This document shows, one piece after another, positions 1 to 8,193 of a DNA stretch of 32,000 nt. The position numbers and the translations under genes were made by a program. This DNA comes from Acidobacteria bacterium Mor1 (GTDB lineage Bacteria; Acidobacteriota; Polarisedimenticolia; Polarisedimenticolales; Polarisedimenticolaceae). Within the stretch, counting starts at the first letter, position 1. The number at the start of each line of letters is the position of its first letter. The stretch spans positions 4,546,332 to 4,578,331 of the forward strand of contig CP011806.1 of the NCBI GenBank assembly GCA_001664505.1, written 5' to 3'. Under the pieces are notes generated by a model. It worked only from the letters and a program-made list of their open reading frames with translations. It was not told the origin of the DNA and did not search any database.

Positions 1-512
1 TCGTCGAGGTGCTGAACGGCTACCGGCTGAAGGAGCAGCTGCCCGGGAATATCGGTGATTTCAAGGTGCCGCTGGGGCATCCCGAGGTCATCCGCGAGGG
101 AAGCGACGTCACCGTGGTGACCTACGGTGCCTGCTGCCGCATCGCAGAGGAGGCCGCGGAGCTGCTGGCCGATGCCGGGATCTCCATCGAGATCGTCGAC
201 GTACAGACGCTGCTGCCCTTCGATCTCGACGGACGCATCGTCGATTCGCTGCAGAAGACTTCGCGCCTCCTGGTGCTCGACGAGGACGTGCCCGGAGGCG
301 CCAGCGCCTTCATGCTGCAGCAGATCCTCGAGCAGAGCGGCGGCTTCCGCTGGCTCGACTCGGCGCCGCGGACCCTGACCTCCGAGGCGCACCGCCCGGC
401 CTACGGCTCCGACGGCGACTACTGGTCGAAACCCAACCGGGACGACGTGTTCAACGCGGTCTACGAGATCATGCGCGAGTCCGATCCGTCGCGGTTCCCG
501 CAGATCGACTAG
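1..512 (+). CDS. 2-oxoacid (alpha-ketoacid) dehydrogenase E1, transketolase-like C-terminal (beta) domain; 5' end lies outside the window
   Basis: Frame 3 is open from the window edge to TAG at 510-512. The translation (VTVVTYG..., [33 protein letters not shown]) looks like the C-terminal domain of E1 beta or fused alpha/beta 2-oxoacid dehydrogenases. Confidence 0.8.
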   Translation, partial: VEVLNGYRLKEQLPGNIGDFKVPLGHPEVIREGSDVTVVTYGACCRIAEEAAELLADAGISIEIVDVQTLLPFDLDGRIVDSLQKTSRLLVLDEDVPGGASAFMLQQILEQSGGFRWLDSAPRTLTSEAHRPAYGSDGDYWSKPNRDDVFNAVYEIMRESDPSRFPQID

Positions 513-608
513 CTCGCGTTTGCCCGGACCCGGCGTCGTCTGCGTTGCGTTGACCGCTCGTGGCGCGAGCCGCTATGGTGCCGCTTCGCTTCCAAGGAGG
601 GATCCCCC

Positions 609-1457
<849 letters not shown>

Positions 1458-1479
1458 ATCCCGATCTCCGAGGGGGCGT

Positions 1480-1520
1480 CCCGGCAGGGGCGCCCCGGCA
1501 GGTCCCCCCCCCCGCAGGTC
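1480..1520. repeat. Degenerate short direct repeat CCC(G)GCAGG x3 enclosing a C10 homopolymer (1504-1513)
   Basis: CCCGGCAGG occurs at 1480-1488 and 1494-1502, and CCCGCAGG at 1511-1518. GCAGGTC at 1498-1504 and 1514-1520 flanks ten consecutive C. The element is intergenic, between the DLH gene and the membrane-protein pair. Confidence 0.7.
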
Positions 1521-1617
1521 CTCTCGGCCCGGCCTCCTTTTCCCAGCCTTTTTTCTGCCCGGACATGCAAAAAGTGCTTGTCGCATGGCACTTTGTATCG
1601 TAAAGCTCTTTGCAGAC

Positions 1618-2370
1618 ATGCGGAGCGTGCAACAGACCCAATGGATCGATCTCTGCCGGGCGACCCCCCACCAGGTGGAAGCGTGGGTGCAGATGCACGG
1701 GTCGATTGCACGTTCCGCCGCCTGGATCGCCTTCGGGGCAGCCCTCTACGGGCTTTCGATGGGCGTCTGGCGAGACCCTCTGCTGGGGGTCTACGTGGCG
1801 ATCAAGCTGCCCCTGCTGATGGGCTCCACGGCCCTGGTCACCGCCCTGATCAACGGCCTGCTGGCCCAGATCCTGGGGCTGCGTTTCCCCATCGCTGCTT
1901 CCCTCTCGGCGGTGCTGGCCTCCTTCGCCCTGGTGGCGCTGATCCTGGCGGCTCTGGCCCCCCTGGTGCTGTTCATCACCTGGTGCGTCCCCGGTGTCGA
2001 CGCCACGACCCGTATCGGCCACGACATCCTCGGGCTGGCTCACGTGGCCGCCCTGGCCTTTGCCGGCGTCGTGGCCAACGTGCGGCTGCACCAGTCGCTG
2101 CGGGCCTGGGCCGGGAAGGCCTCCCGGGGAATCCTGATCGCCTGGCTCGCCACCAATCTGTTCGTCGGCGCCCAGCTCTCCTGGAACCTGCGCCCGTTCT
2201 TCGGCGATCCCTCCCAGCCGGTGCAGTTCCTCAGAGCCGATGCCTTCGAGGGCAATTTCTACGAGTCCGTCTGGTCCATGTTCCAGGGGGTGATCGACCC
2301 CAAAGAGAGGAAGCGCCATGAGCGACCACCAACAACCGACACCACCGACGACCGACCCGGCCGACGCTGA
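1618..2370 (+). CDS. Polytopic integral membrane protein, unknown function (paralog A of a tandem pair)
   Basis: ATG at 1618 is the first start after an AT-richer patch in the long 1249-2370 ORF. The 250-aa product has about 6 hydrophobic helices and ends with ...LSWNLRPFFGDP...FEGNFYESVWSMF. The Arg/Pro-rich stretch upstream of 1618 looks non-coding. Confidence 0.6.
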   Translation: MRSVQQTQWIDLCRATPHQVEAWVQMHGSIARSAAWIAFGAALYGLSMGVWRDPLLGVYVAIKLPLLMGSTALVTALINGLLAQILGLRFPIAASLSAVLASFALVALILAALAPLVLFITWCVPGVDATTRIGHDILGLAHVAALAFAGVVANVRLHQSLRAWAGKASRGILIAWLATNLFVGAQLSWNLRPFFGDPSQPVQFLRADAFEGNFYESVWSMFQGVIDPKERKRHERPPTTDTTDDRPGRR

Positions 2371-3040
2371 ACCTGTCGCGCCGCTTGCGCCGGACACCGG
2401 CATGGCCGGCCTGGCCGACGCGCTGCTCAAGCGGCCCCGCGGCCTGATCGAACGCTTCGACCGGGGAGACGTCTCCGCCATCGAGTGGCGGCTGCTGGGT
2501 ATCGCGCTGTTCGGTTACGTCGGCTACGGCGTGCTGGTCGGCAGCTTCTCCGGGGGCACCCAGTGGTGGGCCGGGCCGCTCAAGGTGGTGGCGGTCGGCG
2601 TCGGCGCCAGCGCGATCTGTCTGCCGAGCCTCTACGTCTTCTCGGCGCTGGGCATGGCCCGGGTACGGCTACGCCACGTGGTGGATCTGCTGCTGGCTCA
2701 ACTCGCCCTCAGCAGCATCCTGCTGCTGGGCTTCCTGCCGGTGGGTTGGGTCTTCTCCCAGTCGACCAGGTCCGCGGCGTTCATGGGAATGATCCACCTC
2801 GGGCTCGGGGTGATCGCGATGTCCTTCGGCCTGCGACTGCTCTTCGCCGGGTTTCAGTTGTTCGAGATGCGTCGAGACGGCTACGTGCGGCTGTGGGTGA
2901 TGATCTTCCTGATCACGTCCCTACAGCTCACCACGGCGCTGCGGCCGATCCTGGGTGAAGCGGAGACGGTGCTGCCCCAGGAAAAGAAATTCTTCCTCCA
3001 GCACTGGGGAGAGTCCTTCGTTCGCGATATCGAGGACTAG
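2318..3040 (+). CDS. Polytopic integral membrane protein, unknown function (paralog B of a tandem pair)
   Basis: ATG at 2318 is preceded by GAGAGGAAG. The 240-aa product has the same helix layout as the upstream gene and a matching tail ...LTTALRPILGEA...KKFFLQHWGESF. It overlaps the upstream gene by 53 nt in the +1 frame. Confidence 0.65.
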   Translation: MSDHQQPTPPTTDPADAEPVAPLAPDTGMAGLADALLKRPRGLIERFDRGDVSAIEWRLLGIALFGYVGYGVLVGSFSGGTQWWAGPLKVVAVGVGASAICLPSLYVFSALGMARVRLRHVVDLLLAQLALSSILLLGFLPVGWVFSQSTRSAAFMGMIHLGLGVIAMSFGLRLLFAGFQLFEMRRDGYVRLWVMIFLITSLQLTTALRPILGEAETVLPQEKKFFLQHWGESFVRDIED

Positions 3041-3048
3041 CGGCGCGG

Positions 3049-4062
3049 TCAGCCTGCGGTCTCGACCGGGCTCTCGTCGGGGACGTGTTGCAGGGCGTCG
3101 AGCAGCACCCGGGCGTCGGTGGCCCGGGGCCCTTCGACACTGAGTTGCCGCCGGTAGGCGCGGGCTCCGGGGAGCCCGGTAAAGAGGCCCAGCAGGTGAC
3201 GGGTGACGTGATGCCCCTTGTAGCCCTCGGCCAGGAAAGCCTCGAGGTAGGGCATCATCTGCTTGACCACCTGGTGCCGGGTCGGCGCTGTGGCGTCGTC
3301 GCCGAACAGCCGGCGATCGGCGCCGGCCAGCAGGTAGGGGTTGTCGTAGGCCGCCCGGCCGATCATCACCCCGTCCACCCGCCGGAGATGTTCCTCGGTG
3401 GCGTCGAGGGTCAGCACGCCGCCGTTCAGTTCGATGCGCAGCTCGGGAAACGCCTGCTTCAGCCGGTAGACGTCGTCGTAGCGCAGCGGCGGCACCGTGC
3501 GGTTCTCCTTGGGGCTCAGGCCCTTGAGCCAGGCCTTGCGGGCATGGACGCTGAAGCGGTCGCTGCCGCTCCGGCGGACGATCTCGACGAAGCGCGCCAT
3601 GTCCTCGTAGCGATCGAGGTCATCGACGCCGATGCGGTGCTTGACGGTGACCGGCAGCTCGACCCGGCTGCGCATGGCGGCGACACACTCGGCGACCCGC
3701 TCCGGCTGCTTCATCAGGCAGACGCCGAAGTTGCCTCCCTGGACCCGGTCGCTGGGGCAGCCGACGTTGAGGTTGATCTCGTCGTAGCCCATGTCCTCGG
3801 CGATGTGGGCGCACTCGGCCAGGGCCGCCGGATCGTCGCCGCCGAGCTGCAGCGCCAGGGGTTTCTCCCGCAGGTCGAACCCGAGGTAGCGCTCCCGGTT
3901 GCCCCGCAGGATTGCCGGGGTGGTGACCATCTCGGTGTAGAGCAGGGTGTGCCGGGTGAGCAGGCGGGCGAAGAATCGATAGTGCCGGTCGGTACAGTCC
4001 ATCATCGGCGCCACGCTCAGCGGGCGCTGGGTACCCCGGGGACCATGCGGCGCGTTGCTCAC
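3049..4062 (-). CDS. dusA: tRNA-dihydrouridine synthase A
   Basis: The translation LSVAPMMDCTDRHYRFFARLLT...LYTEMVT...NLNVGCPSDRV...VTVKHRIG is a clear DusA-type FMN TIM barrel. I placed the start at GTG 4062 (337 aa, normal DusA length), which forms a GTGA overlap with the upstream stop. Confidence 0.85.
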   Translation of the reverse strand: MSNAPHGPRGTQRPLSVAPMMDCTDRHYRFFARLLTRHTLLYTEMVTTPAILRGNRERYLGFDLREKPLALQLGGDDPAALAECAHIAEDMGYDEINLNVGCPSDRVQGGNFGVCLMKQPERVAECVAAMRSRVELPVTVKHRIGVDDLDRYEDMARFVEIVRRSGSDRFSVHARKAWLKGLSPKENRTVPPLRYDDVYRLKQAFPELRIELNGGVLTLDATEEHLRRVDGVMIGRAAYDNPYLLAGADRRLFGDDATAPTRHQVVKQMMPYLEAFLAEGYKGHHVTRHLLGLFTGLPGARAYRRQLSVEGPRATDARVLLDALQHVPDESPVETAG

Positions 4063-4466
4063 GATTCTTCCGACGGCTCCGGTTTCTTCTTGAGGAACTT
4101 GTCCGGATCCCACTCGATCAGCGGCTCCGGTTCCGGCTCGGGGGCCTTCTCTTCCTGGGGAGCCGGGCCGACCAGCACGTCCTCCCCCTCGATCTTGACC
4201 GGGAAGATCTTGGCGCAGTTGGCCCGGGCCATGTCGCAGGCGCCGGTCTCCAGGTCGTAGGCCCAACCGTGCCAGGAGCAGATCACCTGGCCGCGGCCGA
4301 CGACGCTGTCGGCCAGGGAGGCGCCCATGTGGGGGCAGGCGTCCTGGATCGCGTAGATCCGGTCGGCGATGCGGATCACCGCCACGGTGGTGTCGTGGAC
4401 CTTGATCGCCTTCCCGCGCAGATCCTTGAAGTCGGATTTGACGCCGACCTTGATGAACTCGCTCAT
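4059..4466 (-). CDS. Small Rieske [2Fe-2S] ferredoxin (NirD-like) with a Pro/Glu/Lys-rich C-terminal tail
   Basis: The product starts MSEFIKVG at ATG 4466. Both Rieske ligand motifs are present: CPHMG (CxH) and CSWHGW (CxxH). The start overlaps the EEP stop (TGATG) and the stop overlaps the dusA start (GTGA). Confidence 0.8.
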   Translation of the reverse strand: MSEFIKVGVKSDFKDLRGKAIKVHDTTVAVIRIADRIYAIQDACPHMGASLADSVVGRGQVICSWHGWAYDLETGACDMARANCAKIFPVKIEGEDVLVGPAPQEEKAPEPEPEPLIEWDPDKFLKKKPEPSEES

Positions 4467-5206
4467 CAGTGCACCTCGAAGTCGGCGATCAGCGGTAGAT
4501 GATCGCTGGCCACCTTGGACAACGCCAGCCGGCAGGTGCGCGCCTGGCGGTGGCGGATGTCCCCCTTGTAGAAGATCTTGTCCAGTCCGCCGGTAGGAGA
4601 GAACGACGGGTAGGTGCGAATCGACGACCCCGGCGCACGGTCGGTCGCCGACTTGAAGTCCAGGATGTAGGTCAGGATCGGTACCAGCTGGGCGCGCCAA
4701 TCGTTGAAGTCGCCGCCGATCATGCACGGACCGCGGCTGCGGAGCTTCTTGAACTCGTCGGCGTGGGCCAACCGGCCGATCTGATGCACCCGCTCGGTGG
4801 CCGACAGACCCAGGTGCAGGTTGAACATCTCCATGGTGCGGAAGTAGCCGTTGACCTTGTTCAGCTGCAGCCGGGTGTAGAGGCAGCCGCGCTTTTTCTT
4901 GTTGCCGATGGTCAGATCGATGTTGCGCTGCTTGGTGATCGGAAAGCGGCTGAGGGTCGCGTTCCCGTAGCGTCCATGGCGCAGCTTGACGTTGTGGCCC
5001 ACGGCGTAGTGCTCGAACTTCAGGTCCCGGGCCAGCTCCCGGGCCAGGTCCAACCCGCGGGAGCGGGGGGCGCCCTCGTCGACCTCCTGGAGCAACACCA
5101 GATGCGGATCGTGGTGGGAGATGATCTCCACGATGCGCTCGGGGCGGAAGCGCCGGTCGACGCCGATGGCCCGATGGATGTTGTAGGTCAGAACCCGAAT
5201 GTGCAC
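4466..5206 (-). CDS. Endonuclease/exonuclease/phosphatase (EEP) family protein
   Basis: GTG start at 5206. MHIRVLTYNIHRAIG...HLVLLQEVD...GGDFNDW...SDHLPLIADF are the hallmark EEP catalytic motifs. Confidence 0.8.
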   Translation of the reverse strand: MHIRVLTYNIHRAIGVDRRFRPERIVEIISHHDPHLVLLQEVDEGAPRSRGLDLARELARDLKFEHYAVGHNVKLRHGRYGNATLSRFPITKQRNIDLTIGNKKKRGCLYTRLQLNKVNGYFRTMEMFNLHLGLSATERVHQIGRLAHADEFKKLRSRGPCMIGGDFNDWRAQLVPILTYILDFKSATDRAPGSSIRTYPSFSPTGGLDKIFYKGDIRHRQARTCRLALSKVASDHLPLIADFEVH

Positions 5207-5316
5207 GGCCGGTGCCCTAGGACGTTGAGACAGAACAAGTTACGCTGTGGGACGGATCTTGTCGAGGCCGCCGCTCCCATGTAGGCTGACCTCCTGCCCC
5301 CAGGGGTGTTTTTGAC

Positions 5317-6285
5317 GTGGCAGGTATGGATCGACCGATTCCACTCATCATTCTCGGCGGTAGCGACCGGCGCGGGTCGGAGCTTCCCCCCGAGGGTGCG
5401 GACAAGCATGCGCTGTCCGGCTACAAGGGCGCCGAGATGCGCGTCGAGGGCCGGCCGTTGGTCGAGATCGTCGCCGAGCGGATGACCGCCGGCGGGGTGC
5501 TGGGACCCGTGCGCGTTGCGGGACCCGCCGAGGTGTATCGCCGCGCCGGCGTCAATCTCGGCGTGATCGACACCGACGACAGCTTCGGCGGCAACATCCA
5601 GGCCGCCATCGAGGCGACCCGGACCGAGTTCCCCGACTCACCGGTCGCGATCACCACCGCCGACATCCTGCCCGAGGTCGACGATGTAAAGCGCATGGTC
5701 GACGACTACCTGGCCGCCGCGCCGCTGGCATTCTGGGGCGCGTTCATTCGCACCCCGGAAGACCGTCAAGCCCTCGGAGCCTCGGCGTGGAAGCCCAGGT
5801 ACCGCATGGTGGAGCGGAAGGGGGAGGCGCCCGCGGCGATCCTGCCGGGGCATCTGGCCATCGTGTTGCCCCGGGCGCTCAAGTTGCGCTTTCTCTACGA
5901 CCTGGTGGACCTGACCTACCGCAGCCGCAACAAACCGATCGCCTACCGGCGTAGCTACATCGTGCGCGGGTTGATCTGGGGCATGCTGCTTCAGGATCTG
6001 CGGCATCTGGCCACCCTGCGGGTGCCCAACGTGACCTGGAACATGCTGCGCACCGGTCTCGCGGCGGCCAAGGGGCTCAAGGACGGCGACATCCTGTTGT
6101 CCGACCTGGAGCAGGCGATCGAGCGGATCTTCGTGCGTACCGAACATCGCCGGCGGCATCCGCACAGCGTGCGGCTACCGATTCTCGAGGGGCTCTCACT
6201 GGCCGAGGACATCGACACCGCCGAGGAGGCGGCGGAGAAGGGTGCCGAGGCGGGTGGCCCGATGCGGGATCAGAGCAGCTTGTAG
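5317..6285 (+). CDS. Nucleotidyltransferase-like (MobA/GT-A fold) N-terminal domain protein with an uncharacterised C-terminal half
   Basis: IPLIILGGSDRRG...GRPLVEIV...ITTADILP resembles NTP_transferase-type glycine-rich loop proteins. The start is either GTG 5317 or ATG 5326. I do not recognise the C-terminal 170 aa. Confidence 0.45.
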   Translation: MAGMDRPIPLIILGGSDRRGSELPPEGADKHALSGYKGAEMRVEGRPLVEIVAERMTAGGVLGPVRVAGPAEVYRRAGVNLGVIDTDDSFGGNIQAAIEATRTEFPDSPVAITTADILPEVDDVKRMVDDYLAAAPLAFWGAFIRTPEDRQALGASAWKPRYRMVERKGEAPAAILPGHLAIVLPRALKLRFLYDLVDLTYRSRNKPIAYRRSYIVRGLIWGMLLQDLRHLATLRVPNVTWNMLRTGLAAAKGLKDGDILLSDLEQAIERIFVRTEHRRRHPHSVRLPILEGLSLAEDIDTAEEAAEKGAEAGGPMRDQSSL

Positions 6286-7007
6286 CTCGCCGGGTCTGCC
6301 CGCAGGGTCAGCACGTCGCCGCGCCGTTCGACCTCGCCGTGGATCTCCACCGGCTCGGCGATCATCTCCAGCACCCGATCGTTGACCGCGTTCCCCTGCT
6401 CATCGACGAGGAACAGGTAGGAGAGTTCTCCGCTCTCGCTCTCCACCCGCAGCACCGGCGGGACGCCGCCGCGGATACAGAGGATCGCGCAGGCCTTGTG
6501 GGGCTTGCCCCGGCCCGGCTTCATCACGCCCAGGTGGCACTTGGAGTCGACAATCTCGCCGGTGAAGCTGAAGGTGCCGAGCTCCATCCCGCCGGCGAGG
6601 CTCTGCCGCGCATCCCCCAGGGGTTCCAGCTCGTGGACCTCGATCATCTGCTCCTGGTCGTTCCAGATCCGCGAGCCGGTGATGCGCACCCGTTTGCCGT
6701 CGTGTCCCGCGGTCAGGCTCTCGGCGCCGAACTTGCCGAAGGCGACCAGTAGATGGCTTCCCGGGTATTCCCCGTCGTCGACGACCAGCAGCGGGTAGGG
6801 GTGCTCCAGCAACACTCCCTCGAAGGTGCGGTCGATGCCGAACTCGAAGGCGCCAGGATCGAAGGGGGACTGTAGCGCCGCCAGCGCTCCGGCAACGCCG
6901 GCGGCCAGCAGCAGGATCAGCAGGATGCTTCGCTTGACGTGGGCGGCGATGCCCGCCGGAGCCTCGGGTAGGTAGCCGACGTAGAACTCGTCGTCGTTGT
7001 GGCTCAT
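6270..7007 (-). CDS. N-terminally TM-anchored exported protein with a conserved-looking Cys/His motif, unknown function (gene 4 of the redox cassette)
   Basis: The product starts MSHNDDEFYVGYL at ATG 7007, which forms an ATGA overlap with the upstream stop. It has one TM helix (SILLILLLAAGVAGALAAL). This is followed by about 200 aa of beta-rich-looking sequence containing DSKCHLGVMKPGRGKPHKACAILCIRGG. Confidence 0.6.
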   Translation of the reverse strand: MSHNDDEFYVGYLPEAPAGIAAHVKRSILLILLLAAGVAGALAALQSPFDPGAFEFGIDRTFEGVLLEHPYPLLVVDDGEYPGSHLLVAFGKFGAESLTAGHDGKRVRITGSRIWNDQEQMIEVHELEPLGDARQSLAGGMELGTFSFTGEIVDSKCHLGVMKPGRGKPHKACAILCIRGGVPPVLRVESESGELSYLFLVDEQGNAVNDRVLEMIAEPVEIHGEVERRGDVLTLRADPASYKLL

Positions 7008-8047
7008 GAGCTCCCTCGGATCGGTGCGGGTTCGGCCCGTTGCCCTGCAGGGTTCGGTTCCGGATCGACGTAGACCTCGCCGGAGACCACCCGCACGTTG
7101 AAGGTCGGGATCTTCTCGGTGAACGGCGGCGGCGACGCTCCCGTTTCGGGTTCGTACTGATAGCCGTGCCAGGGGCACGTGATGCAGCCGTCGACGATGC
7201 GGCCCTCGCCCAGCGGTCCGTTCTGGTGCTGACAGGCGTTACTGACCGCGGAGATCGTGTCTCCGTTGCGGAAGATCGCGACCCGTTCGCCGGAGATGCA
7301 GACGATCCGGGCCCGCTTGTCTTTGATATCGGCGACGGCGCAGGCGTGGAGGTAGCCGTCGATGACATCCCCCCGGTGCGGCGCGTCTCCCGGCTTCTCG
7401 CGGAAGCCGGCGACCAGATGCAGGGTGACGATCCAGCCGAAGCCGCCGACCAACAGGCCGATCAACACCAGGTTGCGTTCGGTCTGCAGGATCCCCAGCG
7501 CGACGTGGAGTACCAACAGCAGGTAGGCCACGTAGACCAGCATGTGCAGCGCTTTCCAGACCGGCGCCGACAGGTTGGCCAGCCAGAAGTCGTGACTGGT
7601 CGCCGCCATCAGGAACAGGATGCCGAGCGCGACGAAGCCGAGCGTCTGGAAGGGGAAGGCGCTGATGCTGGCGTACTGGGGGTTGCCTGCCAGCAGGCTG
7701 ACCAGCGGATTGACATCCCCCAGGGCGTGGAACTGGATCATCGAGAACGCGCCGTGGACCAGGGCGCAGAGGAACATGCTGACGCCCAGGTGGCGACGGT
7801 TGTAGAGCAGGGGCAAGAAACGCCGGTCCAGCCGGGCCAGCGGCCCGACCGACAGGATCACGTGGAGCATCAAGAGCGCCAGGGTGCCGAAGGCGCGGAT
7901 GATCAGGGTCTCGGGGGTCGCCTCAGGGCGCAATGCCGCGCCGAGCCCGACGAACAGGCCGATGTAGAGCAGGATGCCGGCGAGGATCGTCAGGTCGTAG
8001 CGCTTCTTCTGCCGGTTCCACAGGACCGCCTGATAACCCGCGCTCAT
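7004..8047 (-). CDS. Fusion protein: ferric-reductase-like (MsrQ/YedZ-type, putative heme b) 6-TM domain plus C-terminal Rieske [2Fe-2S] domain
   Basis: The N-terminal 210 aa has six hydrophobic helices with the RRHLGVSMFLCALVHGAF signature and further intramembrane His (LHVIL, QFHAL, LHMLV, LHVAL). The C-terminal domain has CQH and CPWHGYQY Rieske ligand motifs. There are ATGA overlaps at both ends. Confidence 0.7.
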   Translation of the reverse strand: MSAGYQAVLWNRQKKRYDLTILAGILLYIGLFVGLGAALRPEATPETLIIRAFGTLALLMLHVILSVGPLARLDRRFLPLLYNRRHLGVSMFLCALVHGAFSMIQFHALGDVNPLVSLLAGNPQYASISAFPFQTLGFVALGILFLMAATSHDFWLANLSAPVWKALHMLVYVAYLLLVLHVALGILQTERNLVLIGLLVGGFGWIVTLHLVAGFREKPGDAPHRGDVIDGYLHACAVADIKDKRARIVCISGERVAIFRNGDTISAVSNACQHQNGPLGEGRIVDGCITCPWHGYQYEPETGASPPPFTEKIPTFNVRVVSGEVYVDPEPNPAGQRAEPAPIRGSS

Positions 8048-8193
8048 GGAGCTTCCTCTTGAACCGCAGCGGGGATCGACTCGACCCGCGGGATCGGCCG
8101 GTCGCCGCTGAGCGCGACGAACAGCAGCACCCAGCCGATCAGGGCGATGGCCAGAAACATCATCCGGTGACGGCTGCGCAGGGGGCGAATCAT
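8044..8193 (-). CDS. Very small single-TM membrane protein (49 aa), gene 2 of the redox cassette
   Basis: The product is MIRPLRSRHRMMFLAIALIGWVLLFVALSG.... Its ATG 8193 overlaps the upstream stop (ATGA), and its stop overlaps the downstream ATG 8047 (ATGA). This double coupling argues that it is real. Confidence 0.5.
   Translation of the reverse strand: MIRPLRSRHRMMFLAIALIGWVLLFVALSGDRPIPRVESIPAAVQEEAP

Noticed and set aside
1586-1600. Sigma54-like TGGCAC element upstream of the membrane-protein pair
   Set aside because: The -24 half (TGGCAC) is perfect. At the position where TTGC(A/T) should lie, the sequence reads ATCG, so the -12 element is missing. No enhancer-binding protein gene is nearby.
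3049-4062. dusA as a known hotspot for integrative elements
   Set aside because: The dusA 5' end is intact and translationally coupled to upstream housekeeping-like genes. No integrase, direct repeats of the dusA 5' end or foreign-looking DNA are present.
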